A stretch of DNA of 64,000 nt. Origin: Octopus vulgaris. Its lineage: Eukaryota. A program made the position numbers and the translations under genes. How positions within the stretch are numbered: the stretch's first letter is position 1; each line of letters opens with the position of its first letter. The stretch is from positions 144,522,001-144,586,000 of the forward strand of contig OX597818.1 of the NCBI GenBank assembly GCA_951406725.2. Reading direction: 5' to 3'. The notes beneath the pieces are model-generated. The model saw only the letters and a program-made list of their open reading frames with translations. It was not told the DNA's origin and searched no databases. Of the stretch, positions 27,605-40,600 are shown one piece after another.

Positions 27605-30320
27605 AGAAACTAAAAATGAAGTCCCAAAATTGAAACGAGATGAGGATCCTCTGACTTATGTAGGTCAGCAATATCCTTGAATATGTGCTGATTCCAGCCA
27701 TGGCAATCTGTCCAACCCAAGCAAACAGAATGTGGATGTAAAATGATGATGATGATGATGATAATATATATCACTATTTAGTTTGATAGTTCTTAAAGTG
27801 TGCTTAGCTGTCACTTGCAAGCAAGTTTGATCTAATAGCTTGTGACACACTTTTGATAATTGTTTTAGGTACCTATGTAGTTGTGGACTGTCATAAACAC
27901 CTTCTTGGTCCTCCAACCCATAACCAAGCAGAAGATCAAGGATGTGATAGCTGGAGGAGGAGAGAGAGAGCTCTAAATGAGTACCAGCACTAAGCTGATA
28001 CTCGTGACTGAGTTGACTGGAGCAACATGAAATGAGATTTGTTGGTTGCTCAAGGACATAACATGCTTACCCAACCCAGGAAGTCAGCCTATGACTTCAT
28101 GATTGTGGGCCCAACACCCTAACTTCTAGGCCACTTACCTTCACTCTGAAAGTGTAATATTAAGTCCTAAGTTATGTGTAACTTACAGAGATCATAAGCA
28201 TTAGAGAGAAAGAAAATGATTTGAAATATTTTTAATATTCAAAGCAAAGACTGTTCTTAAATGTATGTTCCATTTTTTTCTCTTTTTAATAATTTATTTT
28301 GAATAAAGTTGAATAAAGTCATTATATGAGGCCTCTTGAAAGCTATTGGAAGATTGTGACAAAAAGCATGCATAGCCATGACACAATGTATCGATTTTAC
28401 TTTGCCAGTCTTTTGAAGACATCGTTATAAATTTGATGTTTTTGTTCACAAAGTGGTAGTGATCATACAGTGCTTTATTGTTAAATGAGGACAGGAAGAA
28501 CCTTGTCATTATTCAGAGTTAACTGGCGCAGAATATGGTCTTGTGAACACCATCTGAAGCATTAATAATGTACATTAAAGGGGAACGGAAACGGGAACAT
28601 TTTAAATGGATTTATCATAACATACACTATGAACATAACACCTGCTGTTTGAAAGATAAAAGATAAATGTGGTTCTAACATATGCATATTAACCATTTCA
28701 ACAGCATGCCCAAATATACTTAGTTCTGAGTTATGGTTGATTTCAGCAGTTTTGATGAATAATAGATTATTTAAGTAGTATAGATGTTAATCAGTGTTGC
28801 TGTGTTTAGGAAATTCTCATAATAATGCATCAAACATAGCATGATTTTTATCAGGCTTAGGTCACTCCACATACTCTCTGTAATTGTTTCTAGAAGGCAC
28901 AATACTCATGTAGATCGTATCCATCTAATATTATTACAGGAAACAAGAGAACAAAACAAACAAATAAATAAAAAGAAAAAAACAAATCTAGAACATTGAT
29001 AACTTGTTAGACTTTTGCATATTTGTTTCTTAGATTTCTGGAGAAATTATTCTGTTTTGGTGATTTATGTATAATGTTCTCTTCCACTTCTGTTCTTTGA
29101 TAATAACTTTGAACAAAAGGATATTTGAAAATAAAGCTTAGTTAAAAGAAACACATTTAGGAAACTGGAATCTCTATCATGTATTTTAGGCCAGTTTTTT
29201 TTTCAAGAAGAATGGAATATGAATTAAGATTGATCTGCAGCATTTTAGTTCTTTTAATTCTTCCCTGGGTAGTCATCCATTCACATTGCCTGAAGGTTGC
29301 AATTCTGTAAGAAAGGGATAAAATTGATTGGACAACCATGGGGGATGTAAAATAGTCAGTCTTGGTGGGTTTGAACCCAGTATGTAGAGAGAAGAAACTA
29401 TATACTGCTTGGTATGCCATGCAGTGATTTATTTTTGACAATACATCACCTTCTAGATTAGGAAAATATTTTATCCTTTCTGAATCATGAAATCTCACAG
29501 GACTGATGCTTATCTCTGGTCTCCATAACATTATGCCAATGAAACCTAATGTCTAAAATATATTGCTTTTGACATCAGAAGAACTGACTTCAATACTGCA
29601 GTCAACATGTATCCAGTCCACACTGAATACCACCTACTGTACTTAGTAAAGGCTAACATGGCCAATGAAGGAATGGTTATGTGATTGCTTGACTTGGTAG
29701 AAAAAGCAGTCAAATATCTCTTGAACTGTACACAGCTATTTTTAAATAAGGTTAGGAAAAATACAGATAATATTATCCCTGGCATCTAAAAAATGTAGTC
29801 ATCAAGATGAGAGCATCTTTTGATCATAAGTCTGCATGATCAAGGTTGACCTGGGGCTAAGCCACGATGTAGTGTTAAGCAGATTTCTCGATTTGGAGGA
29901 AAGTGTTTTGCTCCTAGACACAATTAGCCTAAGCTAACAAGAAGATCTCTGCAATTGCTCAACTTGCAAGAAATAGCTGCAAAGTCTCCTTAAAACCACA
30001 CCCTACTATCTTTCAAATAAAAAAAGCAAAGTTACATGAAAAAAAATGGCCACAGTCAAAATGAAATGAGTAAAAGAATAAAAGAATAAGATATACTGGG
30101 GTCATCATGGTTAATTAGGCATATATATGTGGTGAGGTAAAGACATCAGTTCCACTCACAAGGCTGTTTGATTAAAGCTGATCTGGAGTTAAATGATGTC
30201 TACTGTGTTGGTCCCAGTTACAACACAGTGCCAGCAAAAAGAGATGAACTGTCAATATCTTTGATGCTTTCTCAACTTTTTCATTTATTCTTTGCATCAA
30301 GTGGATTTCACCATTTAGAA

Positions 30321-30645
30321 CAGTGGTTCTCAACCATTTTCCCTCTATGGACCCTTGCGATTCCTGTTTTATTCTGGTGGACCCTCATAGCCATTTGTTG
30401 TTTAAAAATTAGTTGTATGGAAATATCTTTCAAAATTCCTATTTTGTTCTTCTCACACTAACTTGTGTAAGTTGAAGTATATAAAATGTTAGAGAAAGAA
30501 ACCTGTTTCTTGCAAGACACACCAATACATACATCTGAAATAAAAGTTTTCAAGGGCCCTTAAAATACAATTGTAGATCCCCAATTTATTATTTTGTTGC
30601 ATGTACCCTGCAAAATCTTATATGGACCCTGGTTAAGAACCACTG
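30321..30645. mobile_element. hAT-type MITE
   Basis: TIRs CAGTGGTTCTCAACC / GGTTAAGAACCACTG with perfect 8-bp TSD ATTTAGAA (30313-30320, 30646-30653). Confidence 0.9.
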
Positions 30646-30695
30646 ATTTAGAAATAAGTGCTTTGTCCCTAGACACTTTGGTTAGAGTTATTTAA

Positions 30696-30915
30696 CCCTT
30701 TCGTTACTGTATTTCTGTTGAGATGCTCTGTGTTTCTTTCAATTACTTTAAATATAACAAAGAATTTAGTAAAATAACTTAGGTATCATTCAGCTAGTGT
30801 TAAGAACATAAATTGTGACTAAGGGTTGGTGGAAGATTTTAATTCAAAGCTTATGAAAACAAGATATTTATACTCAGAGCCAGAGGCAGTTTCAGCTGGG
30901 TTTGTAACGAAAGGG
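30696..30915. mobile_element. piggyBac-like MITE, family 2
   Basis: TTAA|CCCTTTCGTTAC ... GTAACGAAAGGG|TTAA; homolog at 60096-60296. Confidence 0.85.
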
Positions 30916-32886
30916 TTAATAACCTGTGATGCTTGCCATCACTTCTCAATAATAACCAAACATTGTCTAAAATTAACCTTGGTGATAAGATCCAGTAGTT
31001 TTTCTCTGAAGATAGAAATACAGCTAATGAGATTACTCATTGCCATGTTAATTGCATTGAACCATAGCAAAAAGTGTCTGCTGTCAAACAAACAGTTGCT
31101 GAATCATTAAGTGCTGCCACACAATCTCCGTAAACATTGCTGGCCTATTTCATATTCATTTAATGCCAGTTGGGGAAGTTACTGTATAAATGTAGACAGG
31201 CATACCTACCTCTAATCTAAGCCAGTGTAGAAAATAAATATATAAAATATAATAAATGGATTTTTTCCAGGAGTTATTGCTATATTTGGAAAATTATTAC
31301 AACTCTGTGTAATCATGTAGAAATTGCTTTATGAGAAGTTAATTTAAATTTTTCACTCATATATTTCTGCTGGTTTAGCAAATTTCCCTCCTGCAGTTCT
31401 TCTACTTCCCCATTCTCACTCTCTCTCTATTTGGTTTCTATCAGGAATTGGATTAGAAAGGTTTGTGTGAACTGTTTGTTGTATCAAGTGTTTTACATTT
31501 GGTCCTTGACAACAACAATCACTACTACTTATTTAGCTAGTTAAACTGTGAGAAACAGTGTAACCAGTTTTGTCCAAGAATACACGAAGCCAATGGTGTG
31601 ATTCTAACCTTTCACATTTGGATTAGTAACTTTTCACCTTAGCTATCAGGCTTCAAGTGACTGGCTGGATTTTTAGAATGTTTTCCTGATATTTCAAATT
31701 AGGCTTCAGCAAACTGATATATTTAAGCCAGTATGATGATTTGTATTTAGTATTTACAGTATTTTCCCAATGTATTCTATAACAATACTTTTTTTCATTG
31801 AAATTCTTATAAGTGGATGAGAAGTGATGTTTAACCATTCTTACTTAATATGTTACTGATTACTGTTTTGGGAATCAGAGAAGGCTTAAAAAAGTTGATT
31901 GAAGTAAAATATAGTTTCAACAAATACATCACTGAGGTTAATTACTCTCAGATGCTGCCTGCTTGAAATATCAACATTTGAGTTAGTGATGCCATATTTA
32001 ATGTAGTAAAAATCTTATTTGGAAAACTTACATGGTGAAGAAAGGACATTAACTCAATTACTGGTATTATTTTAATTATTTTGGCAAGTTTAGGAAACCA
32101 CTCTAGATATGTTTCACTATTATTATTAGACTTGTACAATTTACTATAGTTGTTGATGTGGAGGTGTTAAAAATTATATTTTTCACTGCTGCATAGATCC
32201 ATTTACTTAATGATTCTCTCATCACTATGTCTGTGACTGAGAGAGTTTAATAAAGACAAAATGTGTTCAAAGTTGTTCAGGAGGAAGGGGAAGAGCCCAT
32301 AGACTTTGTAGGCCCTTTGAAACTAGTGAAATTGAAGTTGGCACCTGCAGGGAGGAAATTTTTGAGAGCCAACTTTCTGAGTTGGTAAGATCAGACATAT
32401 TGAATAGTGAGGGCTTTGGATGATAGACTCAACAAAGACTATAAGAAGAAAGATGAGTAGGAAGGGAATGGCTGGGTGGAGGTGGCATCAGCTCATCCAG
32501 TGATATTCACTACATTATGTTAACACGAAACATGTTAAGTATGTTGAAATTAATTTATTTACTGTTTCAGAAGGTAAGCTTTTGTCCAATTCTAAAATTT
32601 GAGAACATTTTTTTTCTGCAGAGGAAGGTTTACTCAAAACCTTAAGCTTCTTCTCTGCGTTTGGCACATGGAGTTATCCAAATTTATAAACTTTAGTAAT
32701 TCATTTTTGTTGACAAACATCACTATGATGTTCCTTTGATGCTGGGTTTTTATCTAACATTTCAAAATTGAGTTAAATAAATTAAATTCTTGTCAGTTTT
32801 GAGAAGTAATGAAAGAGATAATTATATCTTAAATAATTTTTATTCATTCAAGACTTATGTTATTGTTAGTATTTATCATTATTGTC

Positions 32887-33060
32887 ATCATCATCATCAT
32901 CATCATTTAGCATCCGTTTTCCATGCTAGCATGGGTTGGATGGTTCAACTGGGGTCTGTGAGCCGGAAGGCTTCATCAGGCCCAGTCAGATTTGGCAGTG
33001 TTTCTACGGCTGGATGCCCTTCCTAACGCCAACCACTCCGTGAGTGTAGTGGGTGCTTTT
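32887..33060 (-). mobile_element. (GAT)n-tailed retroposon 3' end
   Basis: (CAT)n then tccgttttccatgctagcatgggttgg...gccaaccactccgtgagtgtagtgggtgc. Confidence 0.8.
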
Positions 33061-33853
33061 ATTATGATTTAATCTGTTTTTCTATGTTGACATTGATATA
33101 ATTCAGTTTTTAAATTCAACTATATATTATTCTAAAAGCTTTTAATTGGTAGTGTACAGTATCTCTTGCAACTTGCAACAGTGTTGTGTTTTTGGATAAG
33201 ACACCTGACTATACTTGCTATTATGGTAGAGTGTTCAGGTTAAACATATGTAAGATGTGATACCAGCAAGGGGTGGGTGGGAAAAAACAGTTATATTAAC
33301 TTTCCCCAAATTTCAAATTACTAAACATACAGCCATAGAAAAACTTTTAATCTTTTTCTTTTCTATTCTTTATCATAAATGCATACGCATCTTTATTTTC
33401 ACAACCCATGAATAATTCAAATTAATAGATTTTAAGATATATTTTATTAGGGCTAGATATATGAGCAGAATATTCAAACATAAGAGATTATAAAACATCT
33501 TGTACAAATGAAATGAAATTTGCTTTTTATAACATTTTCCTTTATTTTTTTTATAAATGATTTTCTTCTATCAGTATTTTCATTCAAAAGAAAAAAAAGA
33601 AAAATATAAAAAAATGGAATTGGCATGTGTTTTATAATTATCAACTTTTTCATTTGATTAGTTATTGGATTTTTATGTGAGAACTTTATTCATATATTTT
33701 TTTCTTATAATTGTGTGACGAGTATGAAAATATTGAATTTAAAAAAAATTATATTTGAAAGAAAAACAAAAAATTATGTGTAATTTTTTAATGAAATTAT
33801 ATTGATCTATTTGCATGTTGGTTTTTTTTTCTATTAACTTGATTGTCTTGCAG

Positions 33854-33966
33854 AAATGAGAGATAAATTTTGGTGGTTTCCTCACATGTGGCACCATGAG
33901 CAGCCACATAAATTTCAACTGCCAGCCTTGGAGCGAGGAATGTTGCAGAATTATCACTTTGCACAG
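33854..33966 (+). CDS. NDST: NDST exon 3A ((E)MRDKFWWFPHMWHHEQPHKFQLPALERGMLQNYHFAQ)
   Basis: Acceptor ...gtcttgcAG at 33853 (phase 1), TTAAC branch-like site at 33834-33838, FWWFPHMW.H.QPH motif, donor CAG|GTAGAT at 33967 (phase 0); 113 nt. Confidence 0.92.
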
Positions 33967-34242
33967 GTAGATCCTTTGTTTTGGAGAGCGGATTCCTGCT
34001 TTAAATCATACCTGGATCTCTTTGTCTGCAACCATTTAAAAAGAAAAAAAAAAAAAATGCTTTTAACACATGACAGATTTTAAAAAACGGAAAATATCCT
34101 TGTGTTTATCAACTAGAGATTAATAATCAATAGCATGAAAAGTTTTTTAAAAATCGCTTTTATTTTTTTTACCTTGCTAAACAAGAGATAAAGACAGTCA
34201 TCCACACATTCGCGTAGTTGTAATAAATATACATATATACAC

Positions 34243-34274
<32 letters not shown>

Positions 34275-36682
34275 ATAAAAGATAAAGCAAATAAACTATT
34301 AAATAAATAGGAACCAAATTTGATAGATATCATTAAAATATGTATATCTACTTCACTATTTCGAGTTTTAGGTAAATTTCATAAAACGTAGTCTAAAATA
34401 ATTAGTATAGAAAAATTTTTGAGCTGTTTTAGTGAAAGAAGCTAATCTTTGCTCAGGTTTTACTAATAATAGAATTCTGAAAAAAAAGTATTAAATGCAA
34501 TTAATTGGACTTTATGTATGTTTCTAAAATCACATTTCTATTGTAAGGAATTTTATTTTAATTTGATTCTTAGCATAAAACTTCTGTTTAAAATTTTGAC
34601 AGCCATGATTCAATAAACCAACTTAACCCTTCCCATTAATTAATAAATAATAATAATAATTTTATCTATAGTTTCTTTTTAAATAATGGGTGGAGGATGT
34701 ATTTTTTGTTTTAGCAAACCCATATTAAAATTAATGTTGTTTAAATCAAAGCATACATACAAAATTGCTATCAAATAACAGCAGTACACATTTATCTTGT
34801 ATAAATTTAGTGAGGACCCAAGAAATAATATATTAGCTGGGTTTTATCTTTTTGTCATTATTTACAAAGTTTTCTGTGATCAGTCTATGCCAAATCTCAA
34901 TTAATTGGTCAATATTTGTTGTCATGTTAAGTAGAACTAGTTTCATTCAAGGTTGTTGAATAAAAGTAAATACAAATGTATATAATTTGTTGCTTTCTAC
35001 TCTGTCAGTTTTGGAAGAAGTCTTAGTAAGTAGTACAAGTCAGATGATACTTGCTGCCGGAAATAGTCCAACTTCTTTTTCCTTTCTCTTGTTACTTTTT
35101 TTTTTCTTAGCTAAGCAGCTGGAAAGAATATTTTACATGGTTTTTAACCCAATAAATGTTTCTAGTGGTTTCTGTCTGGTTATATTTAACTGCTTTCTTT
35201 AATGTGGTTGTAACAACACATAGTGGCTTTGTAATGCTTCTCTAGTAATATATATTTTATCTTTTTCACAACACATTTCTTTTCAATGTTAAACAGAAGT
35301 TTCTGTCATTTTAAAATGTATTCATTGATCTATGCTTAAAGAAATAGATTAAAAAAAGTGATTGGTAATTTTATGGGGTTGGGGAAAACATTGATATGCA
35401 AAAGTTTCTATCATTTTAAAATGTATTCTGTGATCTATATTTAAGGTAATAGATCTAAGTTTCACATAACTTCTGTCAAATTACTTTCATGTTTGCTATT
35501 AAAGTTGTTGAATCTATTTCCAACCAAAGTTTTTCTCTCTCTGTAAAAGACAGGCTGTATAAGATACATGTCAGGTGTATGCTATTGTTGGTCAGTTACA
35601 ATGTCATAATTGGAGAGGAATGAGATATGTACAATCTATCTATAAGTTAGGAATGTACAAATTTACAAGAAAGGTTGAGTGTAAGGGGTGAGAAAGTACT
35701 TAAGCATCTGATAAGTGCAAGAAAGATGACTGTACAAGCTTGGACATCTAAAACAAATGAAAAATACATGCTGAATGAAAGTGTATCCAGAGTTGATTGT
35801 GGAAGGTAGATGACATAGTAAATTAAAAGGAGCTATAGCTTAAGAAGTATGTATAAAAAGAAAAAAAAACAACCTGTTTATGTCTTTACAGTTATTCCCT
35901 GATTATACCATAGCTGTTCATGAACCAGTATCTTGGAGTTTGATTCATCCAAACACCTATCTTCTTCAAGGATTTTAAAGATTTTCTGTCTTAATAATAA
36001 TAATAATTATAATAATAATAATAATGGTTTAAAATTTTTCCACAATGGCAGTAATTTGGGGAGCAGTGATGAGTTGATTACATCAACCCCAGTGTTTAAC
36101 TTGTACTTATTTTATTGATCCCGAACGGATGAAAGGTAAAGTCAACCTCAGCAGAATTTGAACTCAGAACATTTCGCCCTGCATGCTAATGATTCTGCCA
36201 GCTCACTGCTTTAATAATAATAATAATTATAATAATGTACATTTCTATGCATGCCTGTATGGTTACAAATTTTATTTCTTAACCACGGATCGTTTGGTTC
36301 AATTCTAAGGCACAGTACCTTGGGCAGGTTTCATCTAACATAGTCCTGAGTTGACTAATGTTTTCTATGTGTCTAAGTGTGTGTCAGTGTTCAGTGTTAA
36401 TAAAAAAATTGTTGTATGAATGAAATATTGTAGCAAGTCCTGTATTGGTTGCCTACTCTTACACTTGGTTGATTTTATCTTTTGTTCTCCTGAGGTTGAT
36501 AGAATGAATACTAAAGAAAGTATTGAAGTAGATATAGCCAACTAAAACCCTCATAAAGCTGTTCCTCAGCTTGGTCATAGTTCATTGGCTGAAATCTCTT
36601 TCCTTTAGATCTATTGTTGATGTCAGTTCTTCCTGCAAAATACCTGAACTAATAAAGACCTCCATCACCATATTCTCAACTT

Positions 36683-36885
36683 AGGCGAAATGCGTCGCCG
36701 TATTTCGTCTGTCGTTATGTTCCGAGTTCAAATTCCGCCGAGGTTGACTTTGCCTTTCATCCTTTCAGGGTCGATAAATTAAGTACCAGTTACACACTGG
36801 GGGGGTCGATGTAATCAACTTAATCCCTTTGTCTGTCATTGTTTGTCCCTTCTATGTTTAGACCCTTGTGGGTTGTAAAGAAATA
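36683..36885 (+). mobile_element. tRNA-derived SINE (same family as 20217), 5' truncated
   Basis: gagttcaaattccgccgaggttgactttgcctttcatcc...aagtaccagtt...gtcgatgtaatc. Confidence 0.8.
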
Positions 36886-37499
36886 TATTATCAAAAGAGT
36901 TAAATAGGAGTGTTGTTCAACTTCATGTCAGTCCTCGTTAAGTAGACTTCTGATCAAAAGGGTTCCACCTGTGAGCATCCTGTCTTTTATTCAGGTATTA
37001 ATTATCTAAGTACTAAGTTCACTAATGTGCTCTGAAATTTCTTTTTTAAAATGGTAAAGGTGTAATTTAAAGGAAATTTGACATCTATTTCAAGCAAGTC
37101 AAGAAACCATAGTAAGGCTCCCTTGTCAGGTCAGCATTTTATATTTCTAGAAGCTACTACAGCTTATTCTCTAATTCTTTTGTATTTTATGTTTTTTCAA
37201 AACACAACAAATTGCATCCTTTCCGTTTTTTTAATCATATACGGAATAGTATTGCTGATTACCATCACTGAATTGGGTTTTTGCTTATTGCTCTCAGAGA
37301 AAAGATTAATTCTGTTTCCCTGGTGTTAGTCGTTGGACTATGGCCATGCTGGGGCACCACCTTCCAGGGTTTTAGGTTGATCATTTTGATTTGAGTACTT
37401 ACTTCAGTCTGCTACTTATTTTGTTGGTCCCTATTTATCAAACCACAAACTCATGGAACATAAAGAAGCACTTGTGTAAATCTGAACACAACCTCATTC

Positions 37500-37514
37500 T
37501 CTCTCTCTTGTGTA

Positions 37515-37597
<83 letters not shown>

Positions 37598-37690
37598 CAC
37601 TCACACACTCTCTCTCTCTCTACACACACACACTCTCTCTCTCCCCCTCTTGTACACACACACACACACACACAAACTTTCTCTCTCTCC
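37500..37690. repeat. Compound (CA)n/(CT)n microsatellite
   Basis: Alternating CA and CT runs. Confidence 0.95.
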
Positions 37691-40600
37691 CACCATTTTG
37701 GCTGGATATTGGTTAAATAAATTTCTGGTTGAAAAATAAATTATTGGCTATTAAGTCAATATATAATTATTGCTAGTAAATATAATGCTTTTTCTTGTCA
37801 CCATTTCATCTTGTATGTAATAGGTTCCTTTGTTTCCCAAATATATTTCATGTATTTTGTATGGTTTACAGTGTGGCTAACTTAGTGTTAAATTTGGCTC
37901 ATCAAAGTGTTAATGACAAGAGGGAGAGGTGTATGTTATTCCATTTCTTATTTAACATTATTGTGCTTTTTTTTTTCATTAAGATGTTACTTGGGTTTTA
38001 TAACCTTCAATCTTGGTTTTTATAACCTTGAAACTTCTATGTTTAAGCAAGAATTTTTAAGCATTTTGCCAATTCTTATGACAAAATATTGAAGCATGAA
38101 ATCGTGAGCCTATAAGCATAGAAAGTGTTATCTCAACCACTTAGTTAATGCAGATGCACATAGTTTCTATCTAAAAATAAACAACCATTAGTTGTCAATG
38201 GAATCTTGTTTAGATCTAAAAGTGAATTTCTAGATTTGAAATTCCCCTTTTTTTTTTCTGAATTTCTTGTGGCAACCTCAACCAACTGCTATTCTGCAGT
38301 CAAATGTTTGAATTCTTCATGTATTGTGTGCGTATGTGTAAACTGTATTTGCTAATATATAGTATGCACTTGTGTATAGTATACATCTGTCATTATAGAC
38401 AATGAAATCCTAGAAAAAATGCCTTTCATGTACACGTTTTGTAAGCAGTGCACAAAACTGTGTATCAAAGAGATTATGTGCGCATGTAATTGTGTACGAA
38501 ATTTGTTAGCTAAAACAGTGTAGAAATTATCATATTTTGTACTTTGCTGTCGTTGTTATATGTCATTATATGCTTCATGGCAAATATATTAGTCAGATTC
38601 ACTTTTTTATGTTCATTGTTTAATTGTGAAATCTACCAATGCCTAGAATATGTAGGAAAGTAAGTATTTTTTTAATGTTAAAAATGGTTTAGGTTTTAGA
38701 TTTCATTTTTAACTGTTAACTAAGGCATGATAATTGAATTACAGTAGTGGTATGTAACTGATTTGAGTAGTGATTGCTATGAAATTTTCTTCATAGATGG
38801 AATAGTGAGGGGGTTCTTTTCCTGAACAGTGGCCAGCCAGCTATGAAACATGTCAAAGCAATTACTGTATTGTCTTTATTTTCTTGTGTGCTAAGGGAAC
38901 AAGGTGTATTCATATTTGTTTACTTTCTACTGTGTTAGCATTGTGTACTGTAGTCTAACCGCATTAAATTATATTTACTTGATTATGTTTATAAAATATT
39001 GATTCTTTTATTATGTTTGTAATAAAATATTGATTTTCCTTGTTTCTTTTGAAGATATTAATTACTATTTTGTCATAATTTTTGAAATGTCTTATATCAA
39101 GTTGTCGACTTTGTCATTTTCTTCTTCCCATTAAGAACAAACTTCAATTTTTCACAGTCTCTTTATTAACTGATAGATCTGATATAAGTTGGTTAAGGAT
39201 TAAGAAGCTTTAGGATTTTCCAAGAGGAAGCCTCACTGTCAATCAATATCAGTTTCAGGATACTTACAATTCCATGTTATTTGTTGCTGTTTAACCCCAG
39301 GTCGGCTCTGATCAAGCAGCGAACCTTACAATCAAAGGTGTTCCAATAATGCATATCCTGTCCTTTTGTAGATCTATCATTAATTGTTACATGATTTTTG
39401 GAGGGAATTGGCAGCACTTCTTAAAGAGTATTGATAACAGAGGATGCTGTTACACAGGCAATGGAGATTTGTGACTCCTCCCACCTATACGACACATGTG
39501 TCTTCATAAATGTGGTATTTCATTGTTGAAGACTTGTGTTAACCTCACCTGCCATGAAAGGTTTGCTGTCTATTTGTGGCTTGAAATAGTTCAAAATTTG
39601 ACTTTTGCTGGATATTTCTATGATTATAGTATTGTTCAGTGTATCCTTTCCTTTTTTTAACATGGTCAAATGCACTATGAATGAAATTTGACTGTTATTT
39701 GTATTAGGTTAAGTGAGCATTGGCACTCATTCTATGTTATTTTGTATCCTGCCAATAAAACATAATTTTTTAATTATTCCCTATTTAATAAAATATGGCA
39801 GCCAAATTATGTTGACAAGAGAGAGCATTGGACACAATACAGATATCGCCAAAATACTGATATTAGACTTGTCAGATTTTAAAATAATTTATTTTTATCA
39901 TGCTGGCAAATGAAGAATATATGCTAAAGAAAGAAGAATTTTCTGAATTGTTATTGAATCAAGATTATTTCTGATGATTGACTAATGTAAAACTAACATT
40001 TGATAGTGCTCTCCCCATCCCTCCCTCTCTATTTCTTTCCATGCTCTATCTCTCTCCCCTCCCCCTCTCTTTTCCCCTGTCCCATCTCTATCTCTCTCTC
40101 TTTGCCCTATCTCATCTCCCCCTTCTCCCTCTCTTCCACATTTCTCTCATTTGTTAACATCAGATCATGCTTTTGAATAGGCTTTCGCTATTTTTGTTGT
40201 TGCTTATTTAGGAGTACATTATGCAAACTGTGGTATCTCATCTGCCATGTGTCTGTGTACTAGAAAATAATTTACATTTTAGAGTTGATTCTTATAGGGT
40301 ATTTTAATACACTCTGTACGGGCTCAAATGTATCTTGAAGCAATACTGGATTATTTGGAGATTATTTCATTTAGGCTATCAGTTGCTGTCAAATAAATAA
40401 AGTCAGTATTCGGCTTATTCTAATTGCATGTTCCTAGTGTGAAGTAAATACCATTTTAGTATCCAAGCAACCAGCATTTATATTTAGTTTGTTACATAAT
40501 TCATATATAAATTTCTGAATTCTTTGAGTTTTCTGGTTGTGTTGCAACATGTAATTTCTATTTTTCAGTTAAAAAAACAAAAACAAAACAATGGTTTAAC

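Noticed and set aside
33967-34083. Extension of the 75-aa ORF past FAQ
   Set aside because: Intronic read-through with no NDST similarity.
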